Assembly: GCA_030614715.1 (NCBI GenBank)
Contig: JAUWTM010000001.1
Location: 29,661 to 93,660, forward strand
Length of the DNA stretch: 64,000 nt
DNA from: Planctomycetota bacterium
GTDB taxonomy: Bacteria; JAJVIF01; JAPKYR01
Direction of reading: 5' to 3'
Below the pieces are notes generated by a model that made no database searches, was not told the origin of the DNA, and worked only from the letters and a program-made list of their open reading frames with translations. Every line of letters begins with the position of its first letter. Position 1 is the stretch's first letter. This document shows, one piece after another, positions 1-9,699 of the stretch. The position numbers and the translations under genes are program-made.

Positions 1-2245
1 CTGTACCCTGGTCCAGGACTGTTTTTACAATGATCCCACCGAAGGTGGAAATATCCATGTTGATAGAGTTGACCGGGTTTAACAGGATAGTCTTGGGTAT
101 GACTGAATTCGGGTTTGAAACATCATAACAGCTCATGTTGCTTGACGTTATTGCTATGAGCCCGGGATCCCCTTCCGGATCAATCAGCCCCATTTTCATG
201 ACGTTGTGCTGGACACTGAAAGTATTCACCAGGGTCGGATTAAACGGATCCACCGAGTAATCGTAAATGTCTACATATGAGTTTGAACCGGTGTCATGGG
301 CGACATAAATATAGCTGTCGCTGACCGCAATCGCTTCGACAGAATCAGAAATCGAGATGATGTCTTCGTGATGGACCGGATTGGACCAGTCAGTGTAATC
401 GATAACGTCTATTCCGGCGGGCCCGGAGAAATTTTCCCAGTAATACAGGTATTGGTTATAAAGCACCGGTCGGGCGAACCCATCATCCTGAATAATGCTG
501 AGCAGGTTTGGCACCGGTACCCCCGATTCATAAGCATATGCGCCGTTAATGCCTGTCGTAACAATCCAGGGAGAGTTCACACCCACCCAGTCGGCTTCGC
601 AAGCCATGCTCTCTGGTGTAACATCCACGGGGCTGACGGGAGTAATATCTTCCACAGTAATATTAGTTTCGAGATAATATTTCAATGCTCCCGGACCGGC
701 CGGTGTGAACATGGTGGCTTCGACCTGCAGGTAATACTCCCCAGGATGAAGTTTATTAATTTCGAGATCTATTACTTCTATACCCGGGCTCACATTGTAA
801 CCCTGGACAACCAGTGACCCATCCGGCTCGGTCAGCGAAAGTTCGTGAGTGTCAGCGTCAATATTAAGTTTTATCGATCCCGTGGCTGTTGAGGAAGAGG
901 GTATCTCAAATCTGTACCAGTCCTCCTGGTCGGAGGTATAACACAGGTAATCAGCGACACTATCAATCAGATCTATGTCGACTGCCGACGCAAGGTCGTT
1001 ATTCAGATCGGTTTCGCACGGTGGGTCCTCGATGGTTATTTCCGATACCTGCCACGACGTGATTACATCCGTCGGGGACGGAGTCCCGAAACCCTGGTCA
1101 TATGAATTTCCGCCGGTAGTCTCAACCCGCGTGTAAATCAGGCGGGATTCAGTGCCTGTTATTACCGGTATTCCCGTAAGGTACGTATTGTATCTGAAGT
1201 ACGTCCCGATCTCACCGAAATCAAAACCTGTGACAGGCCCGTTGAACAACGACGGGGAGTACAGCTGCACCATGTTGATCTCAGCACCTACATTATTATT
1301 GAGCTGGCCCTGCCAGTCGTAGATATCCGTGTTCATGACCAGCGTCCCACCGTACAAACCCGATTCAGAATCGTAAAACAGTGTGTTTACAGCCGGTTCA
1401 GTTTCAACATAGTAAGGCTCCGGCTGGTTTGCATTAATCGGAAAATCATCGGGAAGTTCGGCTGGCGGGTTCACAGTTGGAGTTGCCCATGACGCGTCGA
1501 TCGCGTAGCCGTATGTAATTTGCGGACCCGGATTCATGGGAAACTTGATCGTGTACCGCCTGGTGTTACTGCTGGTATTTGTGAATATTCCCCGCCCGCC
1601 GTCAGCATCCATAGCGGTTGTCAGTACTGGATTCATAGACGACGTCGCGTCGAGCACATCCGCAAAATACTTGAAGGGATTTATCAGCGCGGTTAATTCA
1701 TTCGCGGACGTTGAAGCCAGTGTCCCCTGCGTGTAACCGAAAAATCCCGATTCAGTAAATTCGGTTGGATTCCACCACCTCGTGTAACCATCGGCATTTA
1801 ACAACCTTGGTTCATCGAGTCCGGCGAAACCAAAACCGCCGATGCTTAATGTCCCCGGTGTTATCAGAATTCCTTTAACATCGAACCCGCTTAACTGCGG
1901 TTTTGTTCCGAACGGATGAGTCAGGGTGACATCGAACGTAAAAATCCCGTTTGGAGGATCATGCTCAGACGGCACACCCACGGCGGAGACTCCCATTGTT
2001 GCATTGAGAGTTCCGGTAACATTCAGGTGCAGATTGGCGTCTCTCAAGGGAGTTACATCAATTCCCTTTGTCCCGGGATTTACATTGATGATGTAGTACC
2101 CGAGACAGGCATGTCCCGCGCCTGACTGGTCCACAACCCTTGATTCATCAGGATAAATGTCCGGTGTACCGGGTGCAGTCACCACTGAACTGCAGCCGTA
2201 CAGAAACATGATCGATACGGAAATCAGTACGAAGAATTTTTTCAT
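1..2245 (-). CDS. Secreted lipoprotein, N-terminal 748 codons (runs off the left edge); tandem paralog of the 2345..5824 gene (family N-module + PPC-like + LVIVD-like repeats)
   Basis: Absent from the ORF track because it has no in-window stop. I checked the minus-strand frame from ATG 2245..2243 codon by codon down to position 1 and found no stop. Translation starts MKKFFVLISVSIMFLYGCSS (signal peptide + Cys). It continues LHLNVTGTLNATMGVSAVGVPSEHDPPNGIFTFDVTLTHPFGTKPQL, NADGYTRWWNP, NTRRYTIKF, YGYAIDASW and YDWQG, in the same motif order as the 1159-aa neighbour. Confidence 0.8.
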   Translation of the reverse strand, partial: MKKFFVLISVSIMFLYGCSSVVTAPGTPDIYPDESRVVDQSGAGHACLGYYIINVNPGTKGIDVTPLRDANLHLNVTGTLNATMGVSAVGVPSEHDPPNGIFTFDVTLTHPFGTKPQLSGFDVKGILITPGTLSIGGFGFAGLDEPRLLNADGYTRWWNPTEFTESGFFGYTQGTLASTSANELTALINPFKYFADVLDATSSMNPVLTTAMDADGGRGIFTNTSSNTRRYTIKFPMNPGPQITYGYAIDASWATPTVNPPAELPDDFPINANQPEPYYVETEPAVNTLFYDSESGLYGGTLVMNTDIYDWQGQLNNNVGAEINMVQLYSPSLFNGPVTGFDFGEIGTYFRYNTYLTGIPVITGTESRLIYTRVETTGGNSYDQGFGTPSPTDVITSWQVSEITIEDPPCETDLNNDLASAVDIDLIDSVADYLCYTSDQEDWYRFEIPSSSTATGSIKLNIDADTHELSLTEPDGSLVVQGYNVSPGIEVIDLEINKLHPGEYYLQVEATMFTPAGPGALKYYLETNITVEDITPVSPVDVTPESMACEADWVGVNSPWIVTTGINGAYAYESGVPVPNLLSIIQDDGFARPVLYNQYLYYWENFSGPAGIDVIDYTDWSNPVHHEDIISISDSVEAIAVSDSYIYVAHDTGSNSYVDIYDYSVDPFNPTLVNTFSVQHNVMKMGLIDPEGDPGLIAITSSNMSCYDVSNPNSVIPKTILLNPVNSINMDISTFGGIIVKTVLDQGT

Positions 2246-2344
2246 CACTTTCGATTCACCTGCTTAGTTTGTCCCCCGACACTGGAATTTAAAGTAAATT
2301 TGTATTCGAGTAAGTTTTATCTCACGACAAAGGCAGCCTGTGCC

Positions 2345-5300
2345 TTAATAAAGCTTGAAAACTCTCAGACCAATGGAATCGTATAACTCGTACATGTACC
2401 TTCCATCCATGATCACGTCCCTGAGCCGCCATACCGGGTCACCCTCGACTGGCTGGCCGGAAACTTCGGGTGCTGAGGGATCGGTGATATCTATGAACCA
2501 TGGATGGTCGTTGTCACCGCCGCAGACCGCGTACTGCTCCCATAGAGTAAGGAAATAGATTCCTGTAACAGGGAGGGGTGTCGACGATATCAGTTGCGGG
2601 TCAACCAGGGGGTCGGATATATCGTAAATCTTGAGCTGGAAGAGATCTATTATATAAAGATAACCGTCCCGTATTTCAAAATCCCTGAAATACAAGCTCA
2701 TCGGGAATACTTTAATCAATTGCGGCTCGTCCGGATTCAGAAGGCTGTACTTGAATAGCGATCCAACATGTCCACCATACATCATGGGTCCATAAACCAG
2801 GTTCTTCACAGCGACATCGGCAACAGGTGCTTCGGTAATAAATGTAGGAAAATCACTCGGGAATCCGGAAATGTCATATGACCTTACAGTCGGACCTGTT
2901 CCCAGAAACACGTACATACGTGTATCGGACAGGCCGATTCCGGTTATATATTCACCGAGGGTTGCTGTCCACGCATAGGACCAGTTGCCGTTCTGGGGAT
3001 TCCCCACGTATAAACGGTCATCATTACGCGCCCAGGCGTATATTTTGTCGGTGTACGTTAACCTCTCATTACCCGCGGGAGACCCGTATTGGGATATTAC
3101 GGACACGTTTTCAGGATCGGAAATATCGATAACATTTCGCTGTGAACAGGAACCGTGGTTTCCCATCAGCAGCATGCGGTCGTCATACGCGAATCCCTGG
3201 TCCGGATAATTTACTACCTGTGGATTTTCCCACCCGAAACTCGGAACCGTGTCGGGAGCGAGTTCCGCGTACCGCGGTTTGTAATACCTCTGGATGAAAT
3301 ACAGGTCCCATATGTAATTGTCCATGAACGTAACGCGGGACCTGGTCATAAATGTGTCCAGCAGGACGACATTTGTCGGATCGCTTACGTCGTAGCAGTT
3401 CATATACATGTTGGAGTTTTGATACCCGCAGATCAGAACGATACTGGAGTACGCCACAATGGAGGTCGCGGTATTCGGGTAGTTCAGGACACCCTCAAAT
3501 TTGAAAGTGTCGTCAGGATTGAAGGTATAAATGGGCATTGTATATGCGTTGGTTACCGTGTTCCGTCTGATAATGTATGTTTCCGGTCCGAGTACCGACA
3601 TGCCCTCGATCTCAATGCCGGGGACATAATTAAGCCCGTCAAGTTGAGTAATGCTGGCATGGTCGTATGTTGAGTAGGAATACAAGCCGTCCCTGTAACC
3701 AATAATTACTCTCTCGTTGATCATTCCCTTGAACAGGATATCCATCGCGATAATCTCAGAGGGCTGAATATAAGTCCCGCCAACAAATTCCGGAAGATAC
3801 GGATTTGACTGGTAATCCAGCAGGTTCAGAATCTGCTGACCGTTATTCAATGTCGTAAGAAAAATGTGATCGTAGGTCATCTCGATCGCAGTATATTCCG
3901 TGTCGACCGTCCAGATGCTGTCGGTTACATACGGTGCCGCGGGATCGGTGAAATCGATGAATTTCAATGTCGACTGGACACCGTCGTAATCAACCAGGTA
4001 CATGTAATCGTTAAACATGGCTGGAGTACCGGTATTTGAAATTTCAATCCGCTTGACAAACGCCGGGTCTGTTTTATCTGTTACGTCATACACCCAGACA
4101 AAATACTCATTCGCCATGTAGAGATAATCGGGGCTTGCATAAAGCCAGGTCGGATCCAGCGACAGGTCCTCCGGGGTAACTTCCACGGCAGTGGTAATGA
4201 CAATCTCTTTAATCTGAAAATCGGGAACGATTGCGTAAAGCCCGGGGGTATTCTGGACCGATGTTTCAACGCTGAAGTAATAAGTACCGGAGGTCACAAT
4301 GTTATCGGTGAACAGGGGAGAATAAAGTCCGTTCGGGTAGCCGAAGGTAATTACTGTGCCGTTTTTATCAAGGACCGTAACAAGCGTACCGGGGATATCG
4401 CTGTAGAAGCGGATTTCACCTTCAAGATATGATCCATAGGGAATATCAAGGCGGAAGAAATCCGCATCGTCCGTTCCCCCACAGAGCTGCCCGGTCTCCG
4501 GAGTGTCAATTTCGAGAATAACCGCTTCACTCATTGAATTGTTGTCATCGGAGGAACAATCCGGATCGATGACCTCGACATCGATCCTGTGCCACGATTC
4601 GAGTGAAACATCCGGTGCATCAGCGGCGGTTTGTTTGTATGTGCTGCCATCGCTTGATACAACGCGGCAATAGACCGGAACCGTTCCGGCGTCTTCAGGC
4701 GAGGTTTGAGCAAACACTCCCTCGAACTTCGCCATGAATTCATCTTCCCATAGAAAGTCGGCGCTAACCGGGTCCGGGCTGATATCTGGACAATAGAACT
4801 CCACGCTGGATGTTTCATCGAGGAAATTACCGCTCTCTTTCCCCTGCCAGTCGTAATAATTCATCCTCATTATGAGGTTTCCACCTGAGGACCCGCTTCC
4901 ACTGTCGTGATAGAGCGTATTGACGCGTGGGGCAAGCTTGATCCAGTACGGCTCAGGCTGATTCGCAGCAATTGGGAAATCATCGGGAATCTCAACTGGT
5001 GGATTTACATCGGGTGGGGTCCACGAACAGTCAATCGCGTAGCCGTAAATTATCTGGGGACCGCCCTGCATCTCGAACTGAATGGTGTAACGGCGTGTGT
5101 TTTCGGATCCTGCCCTGAAAACGGCCCTCGCATTGTCAGTATCAAGCGGTTCGAAGGTCAGATCCGATACTGAATCGGTCGGACCTAGAAAATCAGCAAA
5201 AAGCTTATACGGGTTAACAGTGGCTGTGAGGTTTATTTTCGGTCCAACCGCAAAATTTCCCTGGGAGTAACCGAATAATCCGGGTTGTGTGAACTCAATC

Positions 5301-5824
5301 GGATTCCACCATCGCGTGTAACCATCAGCGTTCAATATTGTAGTTTCACCTGATGCCGGGAGGACAACATCCCCTGCTGCGAGACCTCCGGGAACCATTA
5401 AAATTCCCTTCACATCGAATCCTGAAAGTTGTGGTTTGTCCGGAAATGGATGGGTGAGTGTGATGTCGAATGTGAAAATCCCATTCTGGGGATCGTGCTC
5501 GGACGGCACTCCCTGTGCTGAAACACCCATCGTCGAATTTAAAATCGATGTTGCATTAAGATGCAGCATCCCTGACCTGACGGGTGAAATTTCGATATCC
5601 TGATTCTCGGTATCTATAACAATATAGAAAAGGCCAAGGTTGTTATGGGCAGAACCCTCACCACCATTGGTGACAGCCTCCTGATCTAACCCCGGACTGG
5701 ATGGGAGAGTCGAATGATCGGAACAGCCTGAGAGTGTGATGAAAACAAATGTGCAAAGAAAAAATAGCTTGAACCGAATGAATTTCAAGACAGGTCTCCT
5801 CTTGGTGTTTTCCCCCTTCGACAA
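2345..5824 (-). CDS. Secreted lipoprotein: family N-module + PPC-like (pre-peptidase C-terminal type) domain + LVIVD-type beta-propeller repeats
   Basis: 1159-aa ORF with lipobox ITLSGC. N-module motifs: THPFPDKPQLSGFDVKGI, NADGYTRWWNP, NPYKLFAD, TRRYTIQF, YGYAIDCSW, YDWQG. PPC-like stretch: GGTDDADFFRLDIP...VTVLDKNG. At least 7 repeats of the pattern hydrophobic-x-(Y/I)D(I/V)(S/T)DPxxP, for example VYDVTDKTDPAF, IDFTDPAAPY, YDVSDPTNV, IDISDPENV, YDISDPLVDP, IDITDPSAPE. The listed start is TTG. A TTG at 5788 preceded by AGGAG gives MKFIRFKLFFLC... and may be the real start. Confidence 0.85.
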   Translation of the reverse strand: MSKGENTKRRPVLKFIRFKLFFLCTFVFITLSGCSDHSTLPSSPGLDQEAVTNGGEGSAHNNLGLFYIVIDTENQDIEISPVRSGMLHLNATSILNSTMGVSAQGVPSEHDPQNGIFTFDITLTHPFPDKPQLSGFDVKGILMVPGGLAAGDVVLPASGETTILNADGYTRWWNPIEFTQPGLFGYSQGNFAVGPKINLTATVNPYKLFADFLGPTDSVSDLTFEPLDTDNARAVFRAGSENTRRYTIQFEMQGGPQIIYGYAIDCSWTPPDVNPPVEIPDDFPIAANQPEPYWIKLAPRVNTLYHDSGSGSSGGNLIMRMNYYDWQGKESGNFLDETSSVEFYCPDISPDPVSADFLWEDEFMAKFEGVFAQTSPEDAGTVPVYCRVVSSDGSTYKQTAADAPDVSLESWHRIDVEVIDPDCSSDDNNSMSEAVILEIDTPETGQLCGGTDDADFFRLDIPYGSYLEGEIRFYSDIPGTLVTVLDKNGTVITFGYPNGLYSPLFTDNIVTSGTYYFSVETSVQNTPGLYAIVPDFQIKEIVITTAVEVTPEDLSLDPTWLYASPDYLYMANEYFVWVYDVTDKTDPAFVKRIEISNTGTPAMFNDYMYLVDYDGVQSTLKFIDFTDPAAPYVTDSIWTVDTEYTAIEMTYDHIFLTTLNNGQQILNLLDYQSNPYLPEFVGGTYIQPSEIIAMDILFKGMINERVIIGYRDGLYSYSTYDHASITQLDGLNYVPGIEIEGMSVLGPETYIIRRNTVTNAYTMPIYTFNPDDTFKFEGVLNYPNTATSIVAYSSIVLICGYQNSNMYMNCYDVSDPTNVVLLDTFMTRSRVTFMDNYIWDLYFIQRYYKPRYAELAPDTVPSFGWENPQVVNYPDQGFAYDDRMLLMGNHGSCSQRNVIDISDPENVSVISQYGSPAGNERLTYTDKIYAWARNDDRLYVGNPQNGNWSYAWTATLGEYITGIGLSDTRMYVFLGTGPTVRSYDISGFPSDFPTFITEAPVADVAVKNLVYGPMMYGGHVGSLFKYSLLNPDEPQLIKVFPMSLYFRDFEIRDGYLYIIDLFQLKIYDISDPLVDPQLISSTPLPVTGIYFLTLWEQYAVCGGDNDHPWFIDITDPSAPEVSGQPVEGDPVWRLRDVIMDGRYMYELYDSIGLRVFKLY

Positions 5825-6008
5825 ATTATATTTTACTTAAGTTAAATTTTATCACAAACACCGCAGAGTGCAATAGCAAAGCGCCATCCACGAGAATCAG
5901 TTCTCATTTTAACCTCATCGATATGGATTAGACCTGGGTAAGTAATTAATGACTCTGGTGATTCATCCTGAAGCAGCGTGTAGAAAGCCCGTATTAAGTA
6001 CTATAGAT

Positions 6009-7436
6009 TCACAGCCTCATGACCAAAACCCGTTCCTCGGTCATCTCGTGCATCGTGCACTTGATCCCCTCCCGACCCTGTCCGGAGTCCTTTGTGCCAC
6101 CGTACGGGTAATTATCAACTCGGATGGTCGGGATATCGTTCGCGATGATGCCCCCGACCTCAAGTTCCTCGTACGCGTTCATAATTCGCCCGACATCCTT
6201 CGTGAAAACACCTGCCTGGAGGCCGTAGCGTGAGTCATTCACCTTGTTCATGGCTTCATCCCATGTTTTATATGTCTCAATGACCATTACCGGGCCGAAA
6301 ATCTCCTCCGCGACCACTTTTGAATCCGGTGGTGCGTCGGTCAGGACGGTTGGGGTCAGGACATTGCCCTTGCTCCGCCCCTTCAACAGATATTTTGCAC
6401 CTGCATCGACCGCTTCCTTCACCCACGACTGAACACGGTCGACCTCGTCCGATCGGATCATCGGTCCGATGATGATTTTCTCATCTGATGGGTCGCCGGA
6501 CTTTAGCTTTTTGATCTCCTTCAACAGTATGGGCAGGAATGTGTCGTGAATCGGCTCGTGGATGAAGACTCGCTGAACCGAAATACAGATCTGTCCAGCG
6601 TGCGCGTATCCACCGAACGCGATTCTGTTTGCCGCGAACTTAAGATCGGCGTCCTCATGCACGACAACTGCGGCATTACCACCAAGTTCGAGCGCTACGC
6701 GTTTCCGTCCCGCGATTACATTTAGTTTCAGCCCGACCGTGTCACTTCCGGTGAAAGAGAGCATCTTCGGACGGTTATCGAAAACGAGATGCTCGAATGC
6801 TGCGCCCCTGCACGGAACAACCTGGACTGTACCCGGAGGTAGACCCGCGTCATGGCAGACCTCGGCAAGCATCAGGGCTGTGAGGGGCGTGTCGCTGGCC
6901 GGTTTGATGATGGTCGGGCATCCGACCGCTATCGCAGGCGCCAGCTTGTGCATGATGAGATTGAGGGGAAAATTAAACGGGCTGATCGCTAGTGTCGGGC
7001 CGAGCGGGACCCGTCCGACCAGCCCGGTGTAATCCTTTCCGCCGGGATGTATGTCCAGCGCAAGCCACTCGCCACCGAATCGGGTCGCTTCCTCGGCTGC
7101 TAATTTACTCGTAAGCTGGGCTCGATTGACCTCCCCGCGCGCAAGTGCGATGGGTTTTCCGCCCTCGCGACGTATCATCTGTGAGAATTCCTCCCCGCGC
7201 TTCGCGATACCCTTCGAGATCGCGTGAAGCATTTCCGCGCGTTCGTAGCGTTTCAGTGATGCAAACGGCTTGAATGCACGATCGGCAGACACCATTGCTT
7301 TATCGAGCAGTTTTACGTCTGCTATCGGGCTGTGAGCGATGATCTCATTGTTGTAAGGGTCGTGTACGGGAAAGTGTTTACTCGTCGCGACAAATTTACC
7401 GTCGATGTAGCACTTTTCTTTCTTAATTCGAGCCAT
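6009..7436 (-). CDS. NAD(P)+-dependent aldehyde dehydrogenase family protein
   Basis: 475 aa with the ALDH hallmarks FTGSDTVG, ELGGNAAVVV and catalytic-Cys motif GQICISVQRV. Substrate cannot be assigned from sequence. Confidence 0.9.
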   Translation of the reverse strand: MARIKKEKCYIDGKFVATSKHFPVHDPYNNEIIAHSPIADVKLLDKAMVSADRAFKPFASLKRYERAEMLHAISKGIAKRGEEFSQMIRREGGKPIALARGEVNRAQLTSKLAAEEATRFGGEWLALDIHPGGKDYTGLVGRVPLGPTLAISPFNFPLNLIMHKLAPAIAVGCPTIIKPASDTPLTALMLAEVCHDAGLPPGTVQVVPCRGAAFEHLVFDNRPKMLSFTGSDTVGLKLNVIAGRKRVALELGGNAAVVVHEDADLKFAANRIAFGGYAHAGQICISVQRVFIHEPIHDTFLPILLKEIKKLKSGDPSDEKIIIGPMIRSDEVDRVQSWVKEAVDAGAKYLLKGRSKGNVLTPTVLTDAPPDSKVVAEEIFGPVMVIETYKTWDEAMNKVNDSRYGLQAGVFTKDVGRIMNAYEELEVGGIIANDIPTIRVDNYPYGGTKDSGQGREGIKCTMHEMTEERVLVMRL

Positions 7437-7468
7437 TATGTTTGTCCTTGCAGAGGAGTATCAGGATC

Positions 7469-7497
7469 ACAATATTTGATGAATGAGAATGTGTCAA
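7469..7497 (-). promoter_or_regulatory. Sigma70-like promoter for the 6009..7436 aldehyde dehydrogenase
   Basis: The minus strand reads TTGACA (7497..7492), a 17-nt spacer, then TATTGT (7474..7469). This sits ~35 nt upstream of the ATG at 7436, which is preceded by AAGGA. Confidence 0.45.
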
Positions 7498-7547
7498 TCG
7501 AAAAGGGGACTGAATCGAAAAGGGGACTGAATCGAAATGGGGACTGT
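7497..7547. repeat. Three tandem 17-bp iterons (ATCGAAAAGGGGACTGA x2, ATCGAAATGGGGACTGT), plus an inverted partial copy at 7610..7620
   Basis: Direct reading of the sequence. Units occupy 7497-7513, 7514-7530 and 7531-7547. TGTCCCCTTTT at 7610-7620 is the reverse complement of the iteron core. The array abuts the -35 box of the putative promoter. Confidence 0.85.
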
Positions 7548-7664
7548 CACCTTTTTGCGTTAACCAATCTTCCCAGTGCGCCCACTTTTTCTTAAGCAAA
7601 AAGGATGCCTGTCCCCTTTTCCAAAATAACTGGGACACCTCAGGCATCAGCCGCCAAGTGTCCC

Positions 7665-7886
7665 ATTATTGCATTCACGGAGGGGTAACGTCCGCGTCAC
7701 CCGGCGTGAGCACGTCCCGTCCTCACTTTATTCATCACCCGATAAATTTTATCGCCAGTTTAAGTAGTTTTTCATTATTGATTGCATGCACGGAGGGGTA
7801 ACGTCCACGTCACCCGGCATGAGCACGTCCCGTCCTCACTTTAATCATTACCTGAAAAATTTTACCGCAAGCTTAAGGAGATTTTC
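7665..7886. repeat. Tandem ~110-bp duplication covering the last 39 nt of the 7848..9080 CDS plus its downstream GC-rich region
   Basis: Copy I (7665..7773) and copy II (7774..7886) align end to end at roughly 85% identity, both running ATTATTG..CACGGAGGGGTAACGTCC(G/A)CGTCACCCGGC(G/A)TGAGCACGTCCCGTCCTCACTTTA.... Copy I retains a decayed gene end that translates as EKLLKLAIKFIG*, versus ENLLKLAVKFFR* in the real gene. Confidence 0.85.
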
Positions 7887-9080
7887 TTTCGCCTTTGTGT
7901 ACGGATACCACCATGTGCGGGGTTTCGACGGGGATGCGCTCTGTATCGACGTCCAGCGGACATTGCACGCTTCATGGAGCGAGTATTCCGAAAAAATAGT
8001 GCCGGATCCAGCCGTGCCGCGACCACCCCATGGAAGGCATGGGAGCCCGACGCTGATATCGTTGATCCATGACATCGTTACGGGTATCGATCTCGCCAGA
8101 TTCTGGGCTCTACTCAGGTCCTTTGACCAGATTGAAATGCCGAGAGGATCGGTTCCGTCCAGGTCGGATATTGATGACTCCGCGTTATCCACGGTTATGA
8201 CCATTGTCAGTGGATCGGTTGTGCTTTCGGGTATGTCTGAACTGGGAAGGTCTTTCAGGTAATTTTTAAGAGCCTCGATGAACTCGTCTGCAATGCCGGA
8301 CTCGACGACTATCCTGTTGGCCGCGATGCACGCTTCACCGTGCGCGTAGCATGCGCTCCAGGCTATTCCCCGCACAGCGTCGTCGACATTCGCATCGTTA
8401 AGGACAATGACAGTCGTACCGCCGCCAAGTTCAAGGACGTAAGGTTTCCCGACGGCGTGACATTGTTTCGCGACTTGATCACCATTAGTGCTGCTTCCGA
8501 AGAAGAATATTTTGCGGACTGTTTCCTCGTTTATCAGCCACTGCGACGCCTCAGGTCCTCCGTAAAGCGTGTCAGCGAACTCACCACGAATGCCCGTTTC
8601 CGCCAGCAGCTCAGTTATCAATGGGGCAACCAGGCTGGATTTTTCTGATGGCTTGATTACCACTGTGTTACCGGCGAGAAGGAGCCATGTAAGGCTCATC
8701 ATGCCGAGTGAGAACGGGAAATTGGCTGGCGTGATGACCGCGACGAGACCTATTGGGTCCCATTCAATGATGTTTTTTTTGTTGAAGAAGCCGGGGCGGG
8801 GATAGCGGAGATTTACAGGCGCGAGCCACTTCGGGAACATCTTTTCACAGTAACTCGACATTTCGAGGGCAGGGAGGACCTCCTGCGCGAGTGCTTCCGC
8901 GTATGGACGAGAGGTCTCCTCAACGATCACTTTGGCTATGTGATCGGCACGTCGGGCGATGGTTTTACGGAGCTTCCGGGCAATCTTAACCCGCTCACGG
9001 ACATTCCGATCTGCCCGGATTTTAAAATTGTCAGAGAGACTGCGTGTAATGTCGCAAGCTGTCGCGGGATCGAATCGCAT
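7848..9080 (-). CDS. Aldehyde dehydrogenase family protein (short form, 410 aa)
   Basis: Motifs FFGSSTNG, LELGGGTTVIV and catalytic-Cys region HGEACIAANRIVV. It lies in tandem with the first ALDH. Confidence 0.8.
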   Translation of the reverse strand: MRFDPATACDITRSLSDNFKIRADRNVRERVKIARKLRKTIARRADHIAKVIVEETSRPYAEALAQEVLPALEMSSYCEKMFPKWLAPVNLRYPRPGFFNKKNIIEWDPIGLVAVITPANFPFSLGMMSLTWLLLAGNTVVIKPSEKSSLVAPLITELLAETGIRGEFADTLYGGPEASQWLINEETVRKIFFFGSSTNGDQVAKQCHAVGKPYVLELGGGTTVIVLNDANVDDAVRGIAWSACYAHGEACIAANRIVVESGIADEFIEALKNYLKDLPSSDIPESTTDPLTMVITVDNAESSISDLDGTDPLGISIWSKDLSRAQNLARSIPVTMSWINDISVGLPCLPWGGRGTAGSGTIFSEYSLHEACNVRWTSIQSASPSKPRTWWYPYTKAKENLLKLAVKFFR

Positions 9081-9157
9081 CAGGGGAATGATAACCTATT
9101 GCCGGTAAAAAAATGCGCGTTTCCGCGCATTTATGAAATCCAGGTTGCTACGAGCTG

Positions 9158-9523
9158 CTATTCCTTAATCGGTTCCTTTATCCACTCCGGCTTGAACCAG
9201 TAATGATTCACGATCGCGCCCGGATTACGTTCCGACCTGATCAGCATATAGCAGAAAGTGCCGTCTGACTTTGGATTGTAGTACGGTTCGAGGTCGAACC
9301 GGCATTTTGCCGTGCAGTCCACCACCCTCGGAGCTCCCTTGTCGGCTTGAGGATTTCGCGAGATCTGCTCGAGTCCCTCAACGACGTGCAGCGTCTCCTT
9401 GAAGCCAAGGTCGGCGCATATCGGGCAGAACGGCTCATCGACGGCGAAACCAAGCACTTTCCCGAGTGCTTTTCGGGCTTTAGTTTTAGGTTTTTTGGAC
9501 TCTTCCTTTTTATCTTCATTCAT
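9158..9523 (-). CDS. Hypothetical small protein with a Lys-rich N-terminus and a CxxC motif
   Basis: 121-aa ORF divergent from the TPR gene, containing PFCPICADLG. No family recognised. The overlapping 92-aa ORF in another frame is less plausible. Confidence 0.5.
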   Translation of the reverse strand: MNEDKKEESKKPKTKARKALGKVLGFAVDEPFCPICADLGFKETLHVVEGLEQISRNPQADKGAPRVVDCTAKCRFDLEPYYNPKSDGTFCYMLIRSERNPGAIVNHYWFKPEWIKEPIKE

Positions 9524-9699
9524 GGTCCAGAAAGTCTAAGAGCCACCTTTACCATGTGTCAAGCGTTATGAAGAATAATCTGATACCTGAATATTGGGAG
9601 TTTGGTCGGTTAGACAGTTTATATAATTAATAATGATTACCAGTTTGTCCCGGTTTTTATACACGTGAGGTTGTTTTCTTCTGATATAATAGCCGCTTC

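Noticed and set aside
7497-7547. CRISPR-like array (short direct repeats).
   Set aside because: The three 17-bp units are contiguous with no spacers, and there are no cas genes. The position directly upstream of a promoter fits protein-binding iterons better.
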